A stretch of 64,000 nt of DNA from Eledone cirrhosa (lineage: Eukaryota), in NCBI GenBank assembly GCA_964016885.1, contig OZ024742.1:175770001-175834000 (forward strand), written 5' to 3'. Positions within the stretch are counted from its first letter, which is position 1. Every line of letters begins with the position of its first letter. Position numbers and translations under genes: made by a program. Of the stretch, positions 53,873-64,000 are shown piece after piece. Below the pieces are notes generated by a model. It was given only the letters and a program-made list of their open reading frames with translations. It did not search any database and was not told the origin of the DNA.

Positions 53873-56393
53873 TCATCATCACCATCATCATCACCGTTTT
53901 ACGTCCGTTCTTCCACGCTAGCATGGGTTAGACGGGTTGTCCTGTTGTGGGCAGTGTCTGGTCGGCTGACCATGCCTTGCTCATACAGGAACTGATCTGG
54001 CTTGATTTCTACAGCTGGATGCCCTTCCTAACACCAACCTCATTTACAGTGAGTGCTGGGTGCTTTTTCGTGGCGCCTACACGTCCACTTTACAGTGTGG
54101 GCTGGGTGCTTTTTTGCCGTGGCACCTCCACGACCACCTTGCGGTGGGGGGGGGCATATTGTTTATATGCTTCAGCATGTACCCATGGGAGGTCGGGTAC
54201 CCTGTATTACTGCGTGACGCCAGAAGTCACGGTCGTGTGTCATTGACTTTGAGAGGTGTAGTTGGGTAAGGTCGGCTTTTATCACCTCATCCCAAGTCAT
54301 CTTGGGTCTCCCCACTCCGCGGTTTCCATCAACTTCTAGTGCTCTGCACCTTTTTATGCAGCTGTCATCCTTCATACGCATCACATGTCCATACCAGCGT
54401 AACCGCCTCTCCTGCACGCAGCATTTGATTCCTCTTATGCTCAGTCTCTCTCTCAATTCATTTATGCTTTGTCGTTCACGTATATTACTGTTACACATCC
54501 ATCGGAGCATGCAGGCTTCGTTTCTCTCTAATCTACGTAAGTCTTCCACCTTCAGCGCCCAGGTCTCACTACCATGCAACATCGCTGTTCGGATACACGC
54601 ATCATACAGTCTGCCTTTCATTCTGAGGGAGAAGCCTTTTGCAGCTAGCAGTGGTAGTAGTTCCCTAAACTTCTTCCATCCCGTTCTTACCCTAGTTATT
54701 GTACTTTCTGAGCACCCACCTCCGTTGCTAATTCGGTCACCTAGGTAGCAGAAGCTGTCTACTGTTTCTACAGGGCCCTCCCAGAGATTGGTGGTACTTG
54801 TTTCCTGTGGCTGTTTGCTTGCTGTTTCAGCACAGCTGCTGCATGTGAATCCTACATTCTTAATTAAGCTTCCTGAGATCCCGCTACATCTCTTGTGTAC
54901 CCATTGTTTGCATTTGGGGCAAAGAATGGAGTTCCTACCTACACCTTTCCTACATACTGAGCAAGGCCATTTCCCTGAGGGGATCTGGGTTCTGTTTTCT
55001 CGTCTACTTATAAGGACCTTAGTCTTTGTCATGTTGACTTTGAGGCCCTTTCTCTCTAGTCCCTGCTTCCAGGTTTGGAATTTATTCTCTAGTTCTACCA
55101 TAGATTCAGCTATGAGTGCGAGGTCATCAGCATACAGGAGTTCCCATGGGCATCCGGTCTTAAACTCCTCCGTTATTGCCTGCAGGACTATGATGAACAG
55201 GAGAGGGCTAAGAACAGAGCCCTGGTGGACCCCAACCTGTACGCTAAATTCCTCGCTATACTCATTGCCAATCCTAACTTTGCTGACTGCTCCCCTATAC
55301 ATGGCTTGTACCGCTTTCACAAGCCATTCATCTACTCCTAGTTTTCTAAGAGCCCACCAGATTACTGCACGTGGAACTCTGTCAAAGGCTTTCTCAAGGT
55401 CGACAAATGCCAAGTAGAGTAGCTTACTTTTAGCTAGGTACTTTTCCTGTATTTGCCTCACAAGGAAGAGCGCATCAGTGGTGCCTTTCCCTGGTACAAA
55501 CCCAAATTGCATCTCGTCTATATTCACCCGGTCCCTAATCAGCTGTGCTATAACTCTTTCTGTTACTTTCATGACCTGGTCCATCAACTTTATACCTCTA
55601 TAGTTTCCTCTATCTAGTGCATCGCCTTTACCTTTGTAGCAGTTGACAATGATGCTACTGCACCAATCTTTTGGTATGGCCCCCTCTAGTATTACCTGGT
55701 TAACGATACGTGTGGTTATAGTGTGACCTACAGACCCAGATGCCTTCAGCATCTCGGCAGCTATACCCGATGGACCGGTTGCCTTCCCTATCTTCATATC
55801 TCTGATTGCCTTACTTACTACGCTGCCGCTGACTTGTACTGCTGGTCCCTCTATAGGGTCTACGTGGGGTAGGGTCTCTTCTTCCCATGCATTCTCCTCA
55901 TTTAGTAATCTATCATAATGACTCTTCCATGCATCTTTCTTCTCAGCACTTGTGAGGGCAAGCTCACCTTTATCATTCCGGATACACTTCTCTCCAATGA
56001 CATCACAACTATCTCTGACACACTGCCTCGCAATCTTGAATACCTCCTGTTTCTGGTCCTCACGTTGTAAAACATGCTTGAATTTTCTATCCTCTGCTTC
56101 CCTCCTAGCTAAGTATACTTGTCGCCTAGCTTCCCTCTTGGTCTCTATGTAATGTACCCTGCTCCCCCCGTTCTTCCATTCTTTCCATGCCTGTCTCTTG
56201 GCCTTGACTGCTTCATCTACCTTATTGTTCCACCACCAAGTCACTCTCCTCCTGCTTGAGGTCTTACTCCAGCCACAAACCTCATCCGTCGCCTCTAGTA
56301 AGTTATTTTTTAGGAACTCCCAGTTCTCTTCTACGTTAAATGTCTCTATCTGTTCTTCTTTACTGTCGTAGGCGTTGAGTAAAATATCTTTAT
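53873..56393 (-). mobile_element. Young 5'-truncated RTE LINE
   Basis: Uninterrupted reading frame, 3'UTR with internal tandem unit, (GAT)n tail. Confidence 0.95.
54172..56244 (-). CDS. RTE reverse transcriptase with an embedded PHD finger; frame stays open to about 56390; endonuclease lost by truncation
   Basis: [39 protein letters not shown], then CSVC..CPKC..HKRC..CSSC, FCYLG, RLRWYGHVMRM, GRP. Confidence 0.93.
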   Translation of the reverse strand: MTWWWNNKVDEAVKAKRQAWKEWKNGGSRVHYIETKREARRQVYLARREAEDRKFKHVLQREDQKQEVFKIARQCVRDSCDVIGEKCIRNDKGELALTSAEKKDAWKSHYDRLLNEENAWEEETLPHVDPIEGPAVQVSGSVVSKAIRDMKIGKATGPSGIAAEMLKASGSVGHTITTRIVNQVILEGAIPKDWCSSIIVNCYKGKGDALDRGNYRGIKLMDQVMKVTERVIAQLIRDRVNIDEMQFGFVPGKGTTDALFLVRQIQEKYLAKSKLLYLAFVDLEKAFDRVPRAVIWWALRKLGVDEWLVKAVQAMYRGAVSKVRIGNEYSEEFSVQVGVHQGSVLSPLLFIIVLQAITEEFKTGCPWELLYADDLALIAESMVELENKFQTWKQGLERKGLKVNMTKTKVLISRRENRTQIPSGKWPCSVCRKGVGRNSILCPKCKQWVHKRCSGISGSLIKNVGFTCSSCAETASKQPQETSTTNLWEGPVETVDSFCYLGDRISNGGGCSESTITRVRTGWKKFRELLPLLAAKGFSLRMKGRLYDACIRTAMLHGSETWALKVEDLRRLERNEACMLRWMCNSNIRERQSINELRERLSIRGIKCCVQERRLRWYGHVMRMKDDSCIKRCRALEVDGNRGVGRPKMTWDEVIKADLTQLHLSKSMTHDRDFWRHAVIQGTRPPMGTC

Positions 56394-56534
56394 AGATATA
56401 TATATATCAACAGTCGATCAACAAGATCCTGGAGCTTATTCACTCAGCGAGTAAGGTGGAGCTCATCAAATCGAACCGAGGAAACAATGTTTCCATTGGT
56501 CTTTCCAATTGCTAATACTATCAGTCGGTCGCAA

Positions 56535-56617
56535 ATCCACGCATCGCTCGGTCCGGGAATTGAAATCACAACCTCGCGATTGCGAATACAATTCTCTAAC
56601 CACTTTGCCATGTGCCT
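56535..56617 (-). mobile_element. tRNA-like SINE head
   Basis: Reverse strand: GGCACATGGCAAAGTGGTTAGAG..GATTTCAATTCCCGG. Confidence 0.6.
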
Positions 56618-56929
56618 TTACCAAATAAATATATATATATATAAAAATATCTATTTTTATAAATAAATCTCTCATGATCTCTGGTGTTATGCAGTACTGC
56701 AGAAGACCCGCCATCCCATATTCTTAGAATGAAGCAACATCTAGTGTTTTCTAGTATGAACCACTCTTCCCCCCCTTCCATTCTCCTTCCATGTCTTAAT
56801 CACTCCACCCATCACTAGCTAAGTATCCCACCCCTCTTTCCATATCTGATACAACTCTCTTGACCAACCCATGTATACAAGTATGGAAAGCTGAACACTC
56901 TCTCCCATAATGCTGCTGAAATGTCCAAA

Positions 56930-57392
56930 AGTTTTCAGTCCACCCTGTAAGGTGGTCATGCTATTGACATAACAAAAGCCCCTAGTTCCCCACATAAGGT
57001 GCTCATGCTGGTCCCATGATAAAAAACACCTAACCTTCCCTGAAAGATGGTTATGTTGGTGACAGGACAAATAAGAACCCAGTCCAACCTGTGATGTGGT
57101 CCTGCTGGGGACAAGACAAAGGGCACTCAGCCTACCCTGCAAAGTGGTAGTTTTAGTGCCACGACAAAAAGTGCCCAATCCACTCTATAAAGTTGGCATT
57201 TTGGTGCCACGATAAAGACCACCCAATTCATACTGTAAATGGGGATAGCATTAGGAAGTGCACCTAGTCATAGAAACCAAACTAGAAACAGTTCTGTATG
57301 AACAAGACACAGTCATCTGATTTGACTTTTCTCACAATGGGACAACCTGTCTAACCCTTGCTAGTATGGAAAAGTAGATGTGTTGTGATGAT
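56930..57392 (+). repeat. Degenerate RTE 3'UTR with expanded 47-nt tandem units
   Basis: About six CC(C)TG..AGGTGGT..TGCTGGT.CCA.GA.AAAA units followed by the RTE tail. Confidence 0.6.
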
Positions 57393-58414
57393 ACCTAAAT
57401 ATATAAATAATTAAATAAATAAATATATATATATATTTATTCAGAGCTGATAGATTACATTACTCAACAAACCAGAGGGAAATTTGATGAAATAAATTAT
57501 TATATGACTTTAGATTAAATCAGTTTAGCACCATTAAGCTATGGTTAAATACCGAAACACAATTAAATTCTCATCAATTTGGTTTGGACCCATTACTAAT
57601 TATTTCCCTTTTCATGAGGTCCTTGCCTATCTTTGCTATATAATAATTGTATATTATACATTATTAACCATATACAGTATAGTGAATGTCATCATCATTT
57701 TACAGCTGCTATACATGATTGGCTGGATTGTCATGGTCTGGACAGGTTAGAGGACTTGGTCTTGATTATATGTTTCATTTTTGCTATAGTTTCTACACAT
57801 GGACACTTTTTCTAATACCAAACACTTTAAAGCATGTACTGGGTCCAGTTTATCATGACACCAGCACTTTACAGAGTGTACTGGCTCTATTTTTTTGTAG
57901 TGCCAATACTACAACTTTACAGAGTGTAGTGGATGCTTTTATATTGTGACACCAGCACTACCATTTTACAGAATGTACGATGTGGTATTATGACATCATC
58001 ACTAGATATGTTATGTCATCAATAAGGCTAGAGACTCTCCTGTCAACCAGCTATGGTTTCACTTCAATTGCTGTCAATTTACAGAATAAATTGGATAGAC
58101 TTAGTTGTGATACCAGCATTAATGAGTTTGTCCTGACACTTTTCACAGTCCTATGTTGTGTCTGTTCAATCCAGACATTCTATAATACAAAATTAGACTT
58201 AGTAAAACTGAAAATATTAATACCCTTTTACTTGTGTCAGTAATTAGACTGAAGCTATGCTAGGACACCCCATTCATATTTACTCTAGTAGTTATTTTTG
58301 TCAAGTCTGGTATTTATTTGCATCATTATCATCATCATTGTTGTTTTAATACCCACTTTCCCAATGCAGAATAATGGAACAGATAGAGACAACTATAAAC
58401 AGAGATATGAGCAC

Positions 58415-58479
<65 letters not shown>

Positions 58480-58482
<3 letters not shown>

Positions 58483-59035
58483 CCATAGTATCTAGAATAA
58501 GGACAGGTTGGAAAAAGTTAAGGGAGCTGCTTCCTCTGTTGAGAACAAAGAGTTTCTCAACATGAACAAAAGGTCGGTTGTATGATGTCTGTGTGAGATC
58601 TGCAATGATTGCATGGTAGTGAGACATGGAGAGCAACTGCGGAGGATATGCAAAAGGCGGAGAGAAATGAAGCAAACATGCTCCGATGAATGTGCAAATG
58701 TCAATGTGCATGAACAACCAAGCATGGATGAGTTGAAAGTGAAACTGTGTATAAGAGGAATAAACTGTAGTGTGCAGGAGAGATAACTGAATTGGTATGG
58801 CCATGTGATGAGCATGGAAGATGACCACTGGGTGAAGAAGTGCCAAGAAATCCCAGTGGAAGTAAGACACAGTAGAGGAAGACCACAAAAAATATGGGCA
58901 GAGGTGGTGAGAGCTGACCTCAAATTACTGAACCTCACAGAGGAAATGACAAAGAACCGTGACAAATGGAGAGATGCTGTGCTGAAGAGGACACCATTCC
59001 ACCCTTGCCAGGGAAAGTGGACGTAAAATGATGAT
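58480..59035 (+). mobile_element. Degenerate RTE 3' fragment
   Basis: RIRTGWKKLRELLPL..WYGHVMSMEDDHWVKKC..RGRPQK. Confidence 0.88.
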
Positions 59036-59065
59036 GTGTGTGTATATAGATATATATGTATACAA

Positions 59066-59625
59066 TGTATATACTTGAGTAATAGTTGATCTCATGTAAA
59101 AAGTCAAAAACCTATTTTTCACCCCAAAAATCTGTAATTTCTATATACCTCATATAAAAGTCGACCCTAAATGTTCACAGATAAGAGCTTAACAGTTATG
59201 GGTCAAGGTATCATCCTGTACATAGGAATGTCACTGTTACAAAATCGACATGAATTAAAAGCAAATTCATATAATTGCAAATACATGTCGGAAACTAAAA
59301 ATCTAACCAAACGTATGCCTATCTTACTGTAGTTTATTAATTTGATGGATACAAGTAAAAGTGCAAGGGTAAATATTTATAAGGGCGATGTGGCCTTCTT
59401 TATGGATTTTGTTATTTACTAGGACATAGAAATGGTAATATTACTGTAATTCATTGTTTTGTTTTTATTCATTTAGAGATAAGTTGGTCTTCTGCTATTG
59501 ATATGATACACTGGATTCTAGCTTGAATTTCAAGACCCTCAAAAACAGTATCGATGTAATAGTCGACCCCATAAATCTAAGCTAAAAAAATTATCTAAAA
59601 ATTTAGCTTTTATACAAGTATATAT
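59066..59625. mobile_element. Tc2/pogo-like MITE relic
   Basis: Degenerate inverted ends ATATACTTGAGTAATAG / TTTTATACAAGTATAT and internal repeats of TA(A)TAGTCGACCC. Confidence 0.45.
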
Positions 59626-59629
59626 ATAT

Positions 59630-60248
59630 ATCATCAATGTTTAACATCCATTTTTCCATACTAGCATGAGTTAGATGAGTTGTCCAGGCGTGACTTAAGC
59701 CAGAGCAGAGGACCATGTGTTCCTCACACTGGACCAATTTGGGCTTGGTTTCTATAGCTGGATGCCCTTCCTAATGCCAACCACAGAGATAGATCTGGGA
59801 GTGGAGTACTTAACAGGTGAAGAGTGGATCTAGGGAGGGGTGTTAGGACATTGGAGTTGTATGGAAGAGAGAGGGCAGTGCATACTAGATGGATGCTTCA
59901 ACCTGTGCACATGATAAGGTGGGTCTTCTGTATTATTGCACAACGACAAAGTTTTTGATCGTGTATCATTGCCTTTGAGAGGTTTAATTGTGTAAGGTCA
60001 ACATTTATCACCACATCCCAAGTTTTCCTAGGTCTTCATACTCGATTGCTTTTAGTACCCTGCACCTTTTTATACAGGTGTCATCTGACATATGCATCAC
60101 ATATTCATACCAAACCAATCTCCTTTCATTTGCACATCATCTGATCCCTCTTATGCCTAGTTCCTCTTTCAGCTCATTTACAGTTTGCTGTATGTATATA
60201 TTACTATTGAACATCTGCCGAAGCATGCCAGCTTCATTTCTTTTCATT
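59630..60248 (-). mobile_element. Degenerate RTE 3' portion
   Basis: Collinear with 53890-54530. Confidence 0.75.
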
Positions 60249-60384
60249 TAGTGTATATATATATATATATATATATATCCTCATCATCATCATTATCATT
60301 TAACATCCATTTTTCCACATTAGCATGGGTTAGACGAGTTGTCTCCTTGTGAGATAAGCCAAATCAGTCATACAGTCCCTTGCA

Positions 60385-60957
60385 ACCTATGATGAGAGCT
60401 GGATCTACTATTATGATTTAGAGACTAAGAGTCAGAGTTTTTAGTGGAAACATTCTGACTCCCCAAGACCCAAGAAGGCCAGGCAGAGCAGGTCCACTGG
60501 GAAGTTCATGATCCCATTGTTTGATAGCAAGGGTATCATCTACATCCACTGGCTCCCTTACAGCAAGATAACCAATAAAATGTACTATGTAAAGGTTTGG
60601 GGCACTCCAGAAAGAGATTTTGTCATAAGACACCAGAATTCTTCAGGTCTGGTCAGTGGGAGCTGCACCAGAACAATGCTTCCTGCCTTAAAGCCATTCT
60701 GATCAATTACTTCACCAATATGGGGAACAAAGCCGAAGAAGAAGATCATGCTTATCCGCTTTTAGGATGTGGAGATGAAGGAGGCTGTGATAAAGGCCCT
60801 GGACACTTTCACTTTGCAGGATGACAAAGAGGTCTTATGCAGGTGACTGGAATGCTATAACAAGTGCATTAGAGATGGAGGATCTTACTTTGAGGGAGGC
60901 TGGAGATTTGTGTTGATCTGAATTAAAAAATGTCTCTCCAATAAAAGTATCAAAACT
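60385..60957 (+). pseudogene. Mariner transposase relic
   Basis: TYDESWIYYYDLETKSQS.*WKHSDSPRPKKARQSRSTGK..FDSKGIIY..LHQNNA..YFEG. Confidence 0.85.
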
Positions 60958-62336
60958 GCTAGCAATTAAAAGAAAAAGGAACACAACATAAAATAACATA
61001 GAAAGTGATTGAGAAGTCCAGACCATAAGTCAATGAAATTCAGAAATACCCACTATGCCTCAGTGAAAAATTTAAGATTTTGCAATGATTGTACTCACCA
61101 AGCAAGTATCTAAACTAAGTTTTTAGAGATTGCTTGCACCTCAAAAGCCACACCATATCCATCAGGAAATATACACCCCAAAATTCCCACACATTAGACC
61201 TGCTAAATCCTCCATTACCCTATTTTCTGTCATCTACACATACACAAAAATACACATATAACAAAAGCCTAAGCACACACTCAGTGCATACATGAAGACT
61301 CTCGTACTTTTGAGTAATTGGATTTTAATTTTCAGAAAAGGGTTAAATGAAAAAGCTTTGGATTTCCAAGATTAAATTACACACAAGGTTTCATACATAC
61401 ATTTTCGATTCATAGCTACCTACTTCATATATGGATATGTATATAAAAAATGTTCGTCCCTTTCTCCAGAAGTCTAAATGGAAATGTTCTCCCTTGGAAA
61501 TTTGAAGATAAACATTTTATGATATATTAAATTTATGTGTAATGTAACAGGTTCTTTTAATCTCCTTAAAAAGAAAACACCTTAATTTAGGCACATCTAT
61601 TCATTTCTAAATAAATGAACCCCTCTTTGTACATATAGTTGTGTAAAATTATATTTTTTCTGAATTTGGAATTGACCCCACTTTGTATTTTATATGAACT
61701 CTTTATGAACTAGGGACATTAATAGTAAAGTAAGAGTTATATTTTATTAGATCTGTCCTTGCACCTGATGAGAGGGGGCCAGTTTCAGAACCACTACTCC
61801 ATTATACATTGGTAGCTATAACCAAAGACCAAAACCTAAGGTTGCACATACATGTTAAGTGTATGAACTTTAATAGTATATGTGTGTGTGTACAATGGGT
61901 TTTGGCTTCATGTCCCATTACCAAATTCTACTCACATATCAACAACACAACCATGCTTGTGCCTAGATATAGAAATATCATATAACAACGATGAAAAATG
62001 ATATAAATTAATCTGACAGTTTAAAGGTATATACAATAGCATTGGTAGTAAATTTAAGCATATCATATATATATATATATATATATATGGTTAGAGGTAA
62101 CAGAAACCATCATACAACATCATTGGATTAAGGGGTGTATTCAGGCCTGAGGTAGTGGGGGGCCTGTTCGAAAAATATATTGTCCCCATCTCATACTGCA
62201 AAAACTGGGAATGGGCCTATCTGAGAGATGTGAGATGGACGCACAAAGATTGTTTACCATGAGATGACTAACATGTGGGTTCGGAGCAAACCAGAATCAT
62301 TGGAATCTGGAACATATATACATATATATATATATA

Positions 62337-62860
62337 GCGGTGATGAATTAGTTTTGCGAGCTTTTTTATATGAAATCGTGTGTCGAAATAAATATTGTTA
62401 TACTTGGGGAGGGTCATATTTGTGTAATATTGCCAGAATTAATAACAGAACACACTCACTGTTTGGTTGGTTTTCGCTTCTCGCTTCTGTGTCTTTTATA
62501 TCGGTAATCTAATTTATTCGGTCCTCAATGTTGCCATTGACTGACCGACGGTCAAAAATAATACAGATACAATATAGACACAAACACATATATATAGTTT
62601 ATCATAAATCTTTCGTTGCACATCTGCAACATCGTCAGTGGTGCTATCTTTTCCTCCTGTTGTATTGTATTGTGTCTATATTGTGTCTGTATTATTTTTG
62701 ACTGTCGGTCAGTCAATGGCAACATTGAGGACCGAGTAAGTTAGATTACCGATATAAAAGACACAGAAGCGAGAAGCGAAAACAAACCAAACAGTAAGTG
62801 TGTTCTGTTATTAATTCTGGCAATATTACACAAATATGACCCTCCCCAAGTATAACAATA
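62337..62860. mobile_element. Fold-back non-coding PLE pseudo-LTR (arms 62393-62583 and 62670-62860, 86-bp spacer, left tail)
   Basis: About 190-bp inverted arms; terminus and tail (TGAAATCGTGTGT.GAAA..ATATTGTTATACTT.GGGAG.GTCAT) are shared with the coding PLE at 10995-12671. Confidence 0.85.
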
Positions 62861-62878
62861 TATATATATATATATTAT

Positions 62879-62986
62879 ATAAAGGACGTCCCTCAAAAAT
62901 GTTTACACACTTCAACAGCATTCTTATAAATATTGCATGTACAGGTAATCAAAGTATGTATACATTTTTTGTGACACCCTGTGTAT
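62879..62986. mobile_element. Short Tc1/mariner-type MITE relic
   Basis: Right end reads CAGGGTGTCACAAAAAATGTATACATACTT on the reverse strand; degenerate match at the left end; TA flanks. Confidence 0.5.
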
Positions 62987-63684
62987 ATATATATAATTAT
63001 GCACACGAGAATAATGTTAACAAGGAAGTAAATATTTACATATTGAACACTTTTTTTACCTTAAAACTTATGGAAAATTTCAAGTTTAGCTTGTTGATTT
63101 AACATGTTATTAATTTAGTTAACAAAACAAAAATAGTTCTAATCATTACCTTTTATAAAAATAAAACAAAATTCTTCTCTTCAAATAAGTTTGTCAGACA
63201 TAGTTGTTCATTTAAAACTGGCTGTTCACAATGTACTGTAATTTGGTCTGGCAGAAATAGACAATTAAATTATTCCAATTTGAATTGATTTTATCTTTCT
63301 TGCGAGAACATGTAGTCTGCTTACGCTCCCCCTATCCCCACAATGCCAGTATCTGTTAAAATCAAAGTTTATTCTCTATTAGCAGCATTTGATGACAATA
63401 TTTTTTTTAAAAAAAGAAAAAAATTTTAAATCTGCTCATTAGATTGTGCAGACTAATTCTTAACTTATTTTCTGCTGCTTTCACTACAAGATATATCCAC
63501 AAACATTTTGCAATATTCTTGTACTGGTTTCAGTCATTAGACTATGAAGGAATCTAGTCAAACACAGTACTTATTTTCCACAAATCTGGTATTTATTTTA
63601 TCAATCTCTTTTTGTTGAACAGCTAAGTCATGAGTATAATAAACAGTAAAAAATAGTAATAGTAAACACAGACACACACACACA

Positions 63685-64000
63685 ATCATCATCATCATCA
63701 TCGTTTTACGTCCATTCTTCCATGCTAGCATGGGTTAGATGGGTTGTTCTGTTGTGGGCAATCCCAGGTCAAGTGACCATGTCTTGCTCATACGGAAGTG
63801 ATTTTGGCTTGATTTCTACAACTGGATGCCCTTCCTAACACCAATCTCATTTACAGTGAATACTGGATGCTTTTTTTACCATGGCACCTACATGATCACT
63901 TTACAGTGCCAACTGGGTGATTATTTTTGTGACACCTACATGACCACTTTACAGGGGAGAGGGGGGTAACATACTGTCTACATATTTCAGATTCGGCTTG
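63685..64000 (-). mobile_element. RTE 3'UTR
   Basis: Matches 53880-54175. Confidence 0.85.

Noticed and set aside
61760-61850. Hammerhead at CTGATGA 61765
   Set aside because: No GAAA in register and no convincing stem II

Overview
AT-rich animal genomic DNA, most likely a coleoid cephalopod such as Octopus (inferred from the repeat types, not proven). I cannot identify any host protein-coding gene with confidence. The long Y/I/M/C/V ORFs are translations of (TA)n/(TG)n microsatellites. Positions 0.4-18 kb are a nest of Penelope-like retroelement (PLE) pieces embedded in (TA)n tracts. They include Naiad-type RT and GIY-YIG fragments, fold-back pseudo-LTRs and about ten type I hammerhead ribozyme motifs, most with a family-specific palindromic stem III. 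Positions 18-64 kb hold RTE LINEs (one with an open 690-aa ORF carrying a PHD finger just after the RT core), Tx1/L1, CRE and mariner relics, a non-autonomous Helitron, tRNA-derived SINEs with target-site duplications, MITE relics and a spacerless 248-bp palindrome. CpG content and splice-like signals hint at a minus-strand host transcript starting near 44-46 kb. All alignments and folds were done by eye.
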